DNA of 64,000 nt. Origin: Porphyridium purpureum. Taxonomy: Eukaryota. The notes below the pieces were generated by a model. That model did not search any database. It had not been told where the DNA came from and saw only the letters and a program-made list of their open reading frames with translations. Below, piece by piece: positions 17,952 to 26,054 of the stretch. Location: assembly GCA_008690995.1 (NCBI GenBank), contig VRMN01000003.1, forward strand, positions 992,001-1,056,000. The letters are read 5' to 3'. Positions within the stretch are counted from its first letter, which is position 1, and every line of letters starts with the position of its first letter. The translations under genes and the position numbers were made by a program.

Positions 17952-18290
17952 ATGAAGGGAAGAAAGCGACCTCTTGAATTTATCTCGAGTACCGACGTGC
18001 CTGCTATTGCTGCATCAGCGTCTCCATCGCCGCCACCGCCGCCGCCACCACCACCACCACCGCCGCCGCCGCCACCGCCGCCACCGCCTGTCCCGAGCTC
18101 GGACGAACGTGAGGAATGGACTTTTGAGGCTCTGGCCGCGCAATGCGACCTACCGGTGAGCTTTGGAACCAGCAAGGGGAAGAAAGTGGAAGGAGCCGAC
18201 GTGAGTGGGGCAAACGTGAAACGCCCGAGAAAGTACAGGCAATACATGAATCGACGAGGTACGTTTCCACGTGCACCAGACAAGATCTAG
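17952..18290 (+). CDS. SNRNP27: U4/U6.U5 tri-snRNP 27 kDa protein homologue (DUF1777)
   Basis: C-terminal FGTSKGKKVEG...KRPRKYRQYMNRRGTF matches the SNRNP27 signature F.STKGKKV...KRKYRQYMNRKGGF. Confidence 0.85.
   Translation: MKGRKRPLEFISSTDVPAIAASASPSPPPPPPPPPPPPPPPPPPPPVPSSDEREEWTFEALAAQCDLPVSFGTSKGKKVEGADVSGANVKRPRKYRQYMNRRGTFPRAPDKI
18030..18089 (+). repeat. (CCN)20 trinucleotide tract encoding 20 prolines
   Basis: Run of CCG/CCA codons ending in CCT, counted directly from the sequence. Confidence 0.95.
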
Positions 18291-18326
18291 CCGCTCAAAC
18301 GCATGAATGACTTTTCGATGTCGCGG

Positions 18327-19312
18327 TCAAAGGATCCAAGGAAGCACTACGTAGCGGCAAGAGGGAAGCGATGAAGCTTCAAACGTGCGCTGGTACCAGC
18401 GTTCTGTCTCTACAGCAGTACAGCTCAGGTTGAGCACCACAAACGAGAATGCAAGCAATGAGCAGGTACCCGATCCATTTGAAGTGAGCAACAATGACGC
18501 GTACACAAGCATTTCAGCTAGATAGTGCGGCGTTCGCACGTACCGGAAAAGAGCGCTCTGTGGGGCGTAGTACACCTTTTCCTTGCTCTCTCGTTCTTGG
18601 TGGCGACGCATCCTTGCGAGCTCTCTGTGACATGCATTCTGCAGCCAGGATCCTGCCCAAAAAGTCAGTATGCCGCAGGTCAGCTTGCCTGTGCTGAGTG
18701 CTGGATGAAGTATTGGCGGTGAAGAGGAAGACGCGAGGTCCACGCTCAGGCCACAAACAGCAGCAACGTAGAACGAGTGGCCCGCTGCAATTGGCGAAGA
18801 AGCATGAGTTTGCCCTGTTATGAGTCAGCGATCCACTCACAGGCTAACCTTATAAACATGAATGACTGCTTCTTTAACCCACCTAGAAAGTGGACCGCTG
18901 ATACGCGGTCGCGCGACATGCGGTGCACGAAAAGACACTCGAGGCACCGGCGCACTAGCTGCAACTGGAACATGATAGCCGGCACCCACTGCGTCCAGTG
19001 TTGAACACTCTCGCTGACCAAGATCAGCGATGGCGCAGTCGCCCACATGACAATTTGGATACTGTTGAGTAGCAGCGCGCAGACATAGAATGAAAGCCAC
19101 GCAACGCGCTTATCAATCAAAGGCCGCGCGGGTGAGAGCCAGTGCGACGCCGCCGCATCTCGCCGCGTGCGTGTGTCTTGCAGTTTCCCGTACGAGAGCA
19201 GCCGAGCGAGATGCGGAGACCTGGTCAATAGGCGCACAACGTAGACTCCGTTAGCGGCAGCCCAGTAGGCGTACAAACACAGGCGAGCCAGAAACACCAC
19301 ATCTCCAAGCAT
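18327..19312 (-). CDS. SRD5A3: Polyprenol reductase / steroid 5-alpha-reductase 3 family; two exons, intron ~18785-18882
   Basis: Exon 1 has LSYGKL, WLSFY and QLVRRCLECLFVH. Exon 2 has LFRYVRTPHYLAEMLVY and NLSCTAVETERWYQRTF. A GTGGGT...TGCAG intron joins them in frame as HFLAGHSFY. Confidence 0.85.
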
Positions 19313-19390
19313 GGCCCGAATGTTTACTGTAGTCCTCACGCACAAGTTCCCTACGCAGGCACTTCTTCCACGTCCTTTTATCAGTTTGAG

Positions 19391-21277
19391 TCAGTCCATG
19401 ATGCGTTTTCTCTTATTTCTGCTACGATCAGACATTGGGATCTCTGGTTCATCTAGCACACGCGAGGGTCCCGGCTCAGTCGGCGGCTGACTCGTGCCAA
19501 GCCCTTGCTGAGCGCGCTGCCCTGCGTCCAGCTCGTCATTGTTCTCATGGAAGTCATACACCTCCTCGGTCTTGCGCTTCTTGTGGCTGAGATTAATACC
19601 ACGAGGCGGCGGCGGCGGCGGTATTCCATCCTGTTTTGCTTTTCGAATGCGCATGAAATGCACGTCTTCCTCCTTTTTGGATACGATGCGATGGAGCTCC
19701 AGAAAAGCGACCAGCTCCATTCGTAGCGCATCAAACTCGTCCATGATGGGACCCGTTGCCATGGGCCGCACAGGAATGTTCAACTGGTTCAAATGTATAT
19801 CCACTTTTTTAGCAACCTTGATCGCCTGCGTCACAGGTGTGAAAGTGAGCGAGCTCCGCGCAAATACACCCGCGACCATTTTTCGGTGCGGAAAAGCCTT
19901 CGAAGGCAGTCCCGATGCCGTGTCAAGAGAGAGGCGCACGCCACAACTCATTCGCGGCGAACCGTCAGCCGCGGCGGCGTTCGTCAGTAAGCTCTGCACG
20001 ACTCCAGAGCCAATCCGGTGCTTCACGCTCGCGACTGAAACGGCTTCCATTTCTTCATTCGAGATCTGTAATAACTTTTGCAGTCGCTGCTTCTCTTTCA
20101 GTGCACGCTTCCTCTGCGCATCAATGGCTCTCGCACGCGAGATCAACTGCTCTTCCTTCATGAGTTCCATCTTGTCGCGCCTGAACTGCACTTCCAACTG
20201 GTCCTTGCGGATGAGCTCGTACTCGATATCGAAAGGATTTTGCAATATTGCCTGGGCGTGTCGCAAAAGCGCACCGGACGGCTGTGCCTTTGCGGCTGCG
20301 TGCCCCGTGAGCTTGCTGCGCACCTCGAAAATCTTGCGCGCAACGGAGTAATACCGATCACGAAGCTCATCGAGCGTCCGCTTGGTGCAGTGATCTGGCC
20401 AGCGGTCATGAATGACGGGGAAGCGCAGGTCGAAACGCTTGCAAAGTTCAAAAAGAACGTCAGTATCGGCCTTTGTCCACGGTTCAAAGACATACGAGTT
20501 CTGCTTTGCGCGCGATGGGGACGGGAGTGCGGCAGCTTCCGATTCCGCTGCTCCGGCTTTTGCATCTACGACGGGCACTCCCACCGACGCCGATCCAGCG
20601 ACGGCGGCGCTCTTTGGATTCGCATGCCCTGTGCTTCCATCAGTAGCAGCGCTCGCACAGTCAGCGGCAGGACGCGTACCCGGAAATGGAAAGGCTACAG
20701 GGCTGGGCTGCAGGGCATCCAAGTGCAGTGCGTATTCTGCCTCTGTGTAGGTGAGAATTCGAGCCGGCTTGCTGAAGCGGACAAATGGCGCGAAAGGTTG
20801 TTGCAGCTGTGCGGCAGGGCTAGCACCCGGATGCTCTGTACCGCTTGTGTCCGGCACTTGCACCCATGCTTCCAGCTCGAGCCCGTCGTCGCGGCCCAGG
20901 ACGGGAACCTTCCTCCTTTCATACCGAATTCGTGCTGCAGCCGTTGGGCGACGCTCCTTGAACACCGGCTTGTACACTGGCATCAGACAGACTGGACTGG
21001 ACGCGGCATGCGCGAGGCGGTCTGCCTGCAGAATCGACAGCTCTCTCTGGACGCCGCCAGTGCGTGAGTGTCTCGCGCGCGGCGAGGGCGATGGCATCGC
21101 CGCCGAGTGCTGCCTTGTCGGCGAGCCGGACGGCGCGGGCGACGCCGACGTCGGTTGAGGCGCTTGCGCACTGCGCGCAGCGACCCCCAACGGAGCCAGT
21201 CCGTTCCCACTGCTCAACATACCATCACTCGGGCCCGTGAACACGTCGCGCTCCTTATTGCCCTCGCGTGCCGCCAT
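19391..21277 (-). CDS. DMAP1: SWR1/NuA4 complex subunit SWC4 / DMAP1
   Basis: SANT domain WTKADTDVLFELCKRFDLRFPVIHDRW..RTLDELRDRYYSVAR, GVQREL in the N-terminus, YTEAEYALHL. Start approximate. Confidence 0.9.
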   Translation of the reverse strand: MAAREGNKERDVFTGPSDGMLSSGNGLAPLGVAARSAQAPQPTSASPAPSGSPTRQHSAAMPSPSPRARHSRTGGVQRELSILQADRLAHAASSPVCLMPVYKPVFKERRPTAAARIRYERRKVPVLGRDDGLELEAWVQVPDTSGTEHPGASPAAQLQQPFAPFVRFSKPARILTYTEAEYALHLDALQPSPVAFPFPGTRPAADCASAATDGSTGHANPKSAAVAGSASVGVPVVDAKAGAAESEAAALPSPSRAKQNSYVFEPWTKADTDVLFELCKRFDLRFPVIHDRWPDHCTKRTLDELRDRYYSVARKIFEVRSKLTGHAAAKAQPSGALLRHAQAILQNPFDIEYELIRKDQLEVQFRRDKMELMKEEQLISRARAIDAQRKRALKEKQRLQKLLQISNEEMEAVSVASVKHRIGSGVVQSLLTNAAAADGSPRMSCGVRLSLDTASGLPSKAFPHRKMVAGVFARSSLTFTPVTQAIKVAKKVDIHLNQLNIPVRPMATGPIMDEFDALRMELVAFLELHRIVSKKEEDVHFMRIRKAKQDGIPPPPPPRGINLSHKKRKTEEVYDFHENNDELDAGQRAQQGLGTSQPPTEPGPSRVLDEPEIPMSDRSRNKRKRIMD

Positions 21278-21998
21278 CAAGCCGGGCCCGTCGCGCACCG
21301 TTTTGCCCCTGCTTCCGCGACTCGAACCGGTCTCAATCTTCGTCCCGCGAAACGGGTTCGACTCATCTCTCCTCTTCCGTCCTGAACCGGTTTACTAGTT
21401 TGCTGTACACCCACGTCAAAAAGTACAGTGACCGAAGCATCGACCAACTGTACCTCGCGGGTCAGACCCGTTCGAGTTGGGCACTCCTGTTGCGCCGCTG
21501 TGCAGCAGCCGCCACGCGCAAGCCTGGCTCCTTGCGCACAGTGCTGGGCGGCCCCTGTTCTTCAACGTTCGCTCGTTCATTCCCGTCATCGACGACGAGC
21601 CACAGGGGCATTCACGCGCTGACGCTGTGCGTCGAGCTGGATACGCGGGCCGTGTATCGATACTGACGACGACCACACGCTTTGTTGCGGCTGTTGCCTC
21701 CCACCGCATCCCAGCAGCACAACAGCCGCCGCACTCACGCACGGCGCTTATCGGTTTGGCATCCGCCGTTGAGCCGTTAACCGTGTATGTGCTTCTCAAC
21801 CGTTAGGCGGTGTACAGTTGCGCATGGAGTCAGAATTCAGCCGGTACGGTGCGCGTTGCACTATGCGGGGCGCGTCTGGACCCGCGCCGTTGCGTGAACT
21901 TGAACTTTGTGGTGAAGATGCAGAGACGGAGAGAAAGGTGGAGGGCGGTGAGGGGGAGGAGGCGCGAGGAGGCGCGGTGTGGGTTGCGCAGAGGAAGT

Positions 21999-23357
21999 AT
22001 GGGTGGGCTCGGAACATCCGGTGGAACGTGGGGACGCTCCACAAACGGATGGAGCCCGTCCGTGTGGCTGCAGTCGGCGTTTCCGCTGCTGGCAGGGCCG
22101 TTTCTAGTGTGGTTTCTACAGCTGGCCTGCCACGCGCAGTACCAGGGAGTGCACAACGTGTTCGACTCGTCGATCTCAGCCGTGGTCCAGGCGTTTGTCG
22201 CAGATCCGCGCCGCTTCTTCGCCGCGTTCCTCCCGCGAGAAATTTCGGCCGCGGCGCTCCGCATCGTCGCAGCGTGGTATGTGCTTCTGCTGGTGCTCAC
22301 GCTCGTGCTGCCCGGGAAGAAGGGCTACGGCCTGAAAACCCCGGCGGGATATACTCTTGAGTACCGTGTCAACGGACTCGCAGTGTTTCTTGTGGCTCAT
22401 TTGATAGTGCTCGGCGCCACATACGCCGGCATCATCTCGTTGAGCGCAGTGGTTGACGAGCTCAACTCTATTTTGGCTTTGGCTAACATGTTTGGCGTGC
22501 TGCTCTCTGTGTTTGCGTACATCAAGGCATGGACTTTTCCATCGTACCCAGAGGACAACAAGACAACTGGCTTTGTGCCTTACGACTACTTGATGGGGAT
22601 CGAGTTCAACCCGCGGCTCGGGCCTCTTGATCTGAAGCTGTTCACCATTGGGCGTGTTGGGATGATCAGCTGGAGCATGCTAAACTTCTGCTTCGTGCAA
22701 AAGCAGTATGAGACGTTTGGCCAAATTTCAAATAGTATGGTGCTCACCGTGGCTCTCCAGCTTGTGTACATTGTCGACTTTTTCGTTCGTGAGGACTGGT
22801 ACTTGCGCACGGTCGACATAGGACATGACCACTTTGGCTACTACTTGGCGTGGGGCTGCTCAGTCTGGCTGATCTGGATATACTCCGCGTCGGCGAGTTA
22901 CTTGTCGCGGAATCTAACCCACTTGGCATGGTATCAGATCGTGGTCACGCTCGTGCTCGCGGCGTTTTCATACTTGGTGTTTCTGCAATCGAATCAGCAG
23001 AAGGATTTGTACCGACAGACGAACGGCAAGTGTAACGTATGGGGTAAGCCGGCATCTGGCTTGCGTGTGCGTTACACGACGAAAGATGGCGTGGCGCACG
23101 ACTCAATCTTGCTGACGAGCGGGTGGTGGGGCGTCGCGCGCCATTTTAACTACTTTGCCGATATGATCTTTAGCTTCAGCATTGGCCTGGCCACCGGTTC
23201 GACACACGCGGTGGCATACGGGTACGGCATCAACATGTTCTTTCTCCTACTGCATCGATCTGTTCGCGATGAAGGCCGTTGCCGCGCAAAATACGGCTCT
23301 GGCTGGGACAAGTATTGCCAAATCGTCAAGTACCGCATCTTTCCAGGAATTTACTGA
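21999..23357 (+). CDS. DHCR7: 7-dehydrocholesterol (sterol delta-7) reductase
   Basis: GIEFNPRLG..DLKLF..GRVGMISW, WYLRTVDIGHDHFGYYLAWGC, LLTSGWWGVARHFNY, RDEGRCRAKYG..W..YC..V.YRIFPGIY. Start inferred at ATG 21999. Confidence 0.9.
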   Translation: MGGLGTSGGTWGRSTNGWSPSVWLQSAFPLLAGPFLVWFLQLACHAQYQGVHNVFDSSISAVVQAFVADPRRFFAAFLPREISAAALRIVAAWYVLLLVLTLVLPGKKGYGLKTPAGYTLEYRVNGLAVFLVAHLIVLGATYAGIISLSAVVDELNSILALANMFGVLLSVFAYIKAWTFPSYPEDNKTTGFVPYDYLMGIEFNPRLGPLDLKLFTIGRVGMISWSMLNFCFVQKQYETFGQISNSMVLTVALQLVYIVDFFVREDWYLRTVDIGHDHFGYYLAWGCSVWLIWIYSASASYLSRNLTHLAWYQIVVTLVLAAFSYLVFLQSNQQKDLYRQTNGKCNVWGKPASGLRVRYTTKDGVAHDSILLTSGWWGVARHFNYFADMIFSFSIGLATGSTHAVAYGYGINMFFLLLHRSVRDEGRCRAKYGSGWDKYCQIVKYRIFPGIY

Positions 23358-23446
23358 AGCCATTTCTGCCCGCTGTCGGCTGCTCGCAACGTTTTGATAC
23401 AGCAACGGGACCGGCACTTCGTGAGACGATGTTGGTTGTGCGCCTT

Positions 23447-24478
23447 TTAGTAGTTGGCTACGTAGTGTCGGACAAACTCCTCCTTGCCAAGCTTCCCCGT
23501 CTGACTTTCGCTCACTAATGCGCAGTAAAGTGCGCGCACATCTGAGGCGCTCAATTTAACGCCCAGGGCCCGTACAGCTCCTCCGAACTCTGCCTCGTCA
23601 AGATAGCCTGACCGGCTGTGATCGTTTCTCACAAAGGCCGCTTCAGCCGCGCGTCTCTTATCCTCATCGTTGCCAACCGATCTTCCCGTTCCACTTGTCG
23701 GATACCCTGGTGGTGGAGCTGGGTATGCACAGCTATTTACGGATTGCACAGCCAATGGCGCAGATGGTGCGTTTGTTTCCGACGGTGCCCTCGCAAAGTT
23801 CGCCTGATAATAAGCAACGAATTCTTGCTCGGAAATGCGCCCGTTGTGGTCTTCGTCAACAATACTGAACACCACCTGAGCATCCACCATCGACATGTTC
23901 ACGTGAAGGAGCTGAAGCGCGGCGAGAAACTCGGAAAGATCCAGAAACCCGGTTTGGCTACGGTCAAACGATCGGAACGCGTGCTGCGCGCGTTGAGCAG
24001 GTGTCGCACCCTCTGGCGGCTCCCATGCCATCGAGCGCGAGCCTGTAATATGCATCGGCGGGCCTGGTGGAACGTAGTACCCGGGCACTACGCCCGGGTG
24101 CACTGGAACTCCCTGTTGAGGTGTCGAATACGCTTGCTGCGGCACAGGCGCTGCACTTGACTGATACGGAGTATAGCCGTAAGTCACTTGCTGCTGCCAA
24201 CCCGCTTTGTCATGATGCGGAATGGAAACGCTTGAAGGCGCGGGTGTCACGTGATGTGGCATCGGCGTCGGAGCAGTGCCTCCTTGAGGTGCCGGCGGTC
24301 TCCCAGCAGCGTCCGGGGAACCTACCCCATAGTGTATTTGAGACTGTTGAAGCCACGGATTAATCACATGGCCTTGCCCACCGGGGGTTTGAGGAGGATA
24401 TTCGGCACTTGGTCGCGGATATCCCGGGTATGCTGGATACCCTTGGTTTGGATGCTGGTTTCCGCGTTGATCAGCCAT
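23447..24478 (-). CDS. EF-hand calcium-binding protein with a Pro/Gly/Gln/Tyr-rich N-terminus and two duplicated EF-hand pairs
   Basis: Loops DRSQTGFLDLSE, DEDHNGRISEQE and DHSRSGYLDEAE, plus a degenerate fourth. Start inferred at ATG 24478 (MADQRG). Confidence 0.85.
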   Translation of the reverse strand: MADQRGNQHPNQGYPAYPGYPRPSAEYPPQTPGGQGHVINPWLQQSQIHYGVGSPDAAGRPPAPQGGTAPTPMPHHVTPAPSSVSIPHHDKAGWQQQVTYGYTPYQSSAAPVPQQAYSTPQQGVPVHPGVVPGYYVPPGPPMHITGSRSMAWEPPEGATPAQRAQHAFRSFDRSQTGFLDLSEFLAALQLLHVNMSMVDAQVVFSIVDEDHNGRISEQEFVAYYQANFARAPSETNAPSAPLAVQSVNSCAYPAPPPGYPTSGTGRSVGNDEDKRRAAEAAFVRNDHSRSGYLDEAEFGGAVRALGVKLSASDVRALYCALVSESQTGKLGKEEFVRHYVANY

Positions 24479-24535
24479 CTCTCGACGGCGGCGGCTACGC
24501 TCGACAGCTTGCCACACAGCCTTGCGACGGTCCGC

Positions 24536-24691
24536 TCAGAGATCCTTCTTGGTTGAAGCGGACGAGGAGGCGGACGCCGACGGAGGCAGCGCTGAGGCCG
24601 ACGCAACCACAAAGTGGTACAAGATCACCAGACCTATCACGAGGTACCCACCCCAAGTCGCAACGGACACGAGCTGCTCGTCCGTAATCAT
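24536..24691 (-). CDS. OST4: Oligosaccharyltransferase subunit 4 (51 aa)
   Basis: MITDEQL...G.....LVILYHFV matches the OST4 signature MITD.QL...N.LG.....LVVLYHY. Confidence 0.85.
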   Translation of the reverse strand: MITDEQLVSVATWGGYLVIGLVILYHFVVASASALPPSASASSSASTKKDL

Positions 24692-26054
24692 GCTACGGAC
24701 GTGAGCACCACCCTCGCCTACCAGCCGCACAACTTGCCCGAACGCGCACCCTGCCTGCTCGACCCGCACGATCCCTTTCTTCCTCCGACTTGAAGCTTAT
24801 TCATCAAGTCCTTAAAGTCGTCCTGTGGCCAAGCCGCGTGCAACAGGCGCAAGTCGGATTGAAAGTCTTGGATCCTATAGTAAAAGAGCCCGTTTTCATA
24901 TGCAAATAAAGTTCAACTCTGCTTCACACGGTAAACATCTGGCTTGACCGGCACGCGAACAGCGGCGCACTCGGTTTCCAATTTTTTCTGACTCATCAGA
25001 ATGGATCCAAGAAAGCTGCCTTTGCTTATCCCTCCTGCCAACCGTCCGTGAGGAGTCTCCGAAACAAAAGCAGGTGCAAATGGCGCAGCCATGGCGTCGC
25101 GGCTGTCGGAAAATGAAAATGGGCGGAGCGACGCCCTTGCTGTCTAGCACCTTTTCGTGCAAGCCAGTGCAAGAGTGTACTGTCTTGCTCGGATTCTTTA
25201 CAGCCGATGTAGTTAGCGTGCGCCGTCCTTTCATACCGGAAGGGCGTCGCAGTGAATGCGAGAAGCCTGGTCCGAAACCGCGTGTCAAAACAAAACAAAA
25301 AAAGCCAAAGCCGGCCTCCGCGCCCTGCTTGTCGATGCCTCGGTATCTGAACAGGTGGTGCACGAGCTGCCAATACAGAGCTCAACTATCACAGTGCGCT
25401 GGACACTTCAACCAGCAAGCTTCCGGTTTCAAAGATTAAGCTCTTGTTGTCTAGCTTGCATGTCATTGGAGGAAAGTTCCCTTTGATATCCTGCCTGCAC
25501 ACAAGCATCCGAGTACGAGGCGCAGGGGCAGCACACGATGAGCTTGTTGGATCGCAAGGGACTCCTACTGGTCGTGACATTTACAAGTAAACTCACATGC
25601 TACAACCGTTGGCTGTGCTACGTGCACAGAGTTCGGAGCGGAACGAAAAGAATTCTGGATATTCTTACATATCCACACCCTTCCGAGCGGCGACATTCCG
25701 GTGCCCGGAGCGTCTGCACCTGTAGAGGTGCGAAACATCCTGCCAGCCTCTAAACTGAACAAAAACGTGAAAGTTCTTCCGACATGCCGCCGGTTGACTG
25801 CGCTTCTACATCCATAATTACAACTCGTCGAAGAGGCTTCCATACAAAAAGGCGTTTACTTTAGTGGTAAAAGTGATAGAAGGACCCATTTCCCATCAGG
25901 AACCAACCTGCTTGCTCTCTGTCTTTGCAGTGACCGGAACGTGTGCGCCGTCCACGTGCTCTGGAAAGAACACATTGGTGTCGTAGGCACGAGGGACAAT
26001 TGCGATCGCATAGAGACAAAGGGGTAGAAGAAGAAAAATCCGCAGCAAGACAGC

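Noticed and set aside
17918..18283. Minus-strand poly-glycine ORF
   Set aside because: It is the antisense reading of the SNRNP27 poly-proline tract.
21300..21990. Several 60-130 aa ORFs between DMAP1 and DHCR7
   Set aside because: No family motifs; more simply a divergent promoter and UTR region.
25074..25439. 121-aa Cys/Lys-rich ORF, considered as a RING or zinc-finger protein
   Set aside because: Cys/His spacing fits no finger I know and there is no other support.
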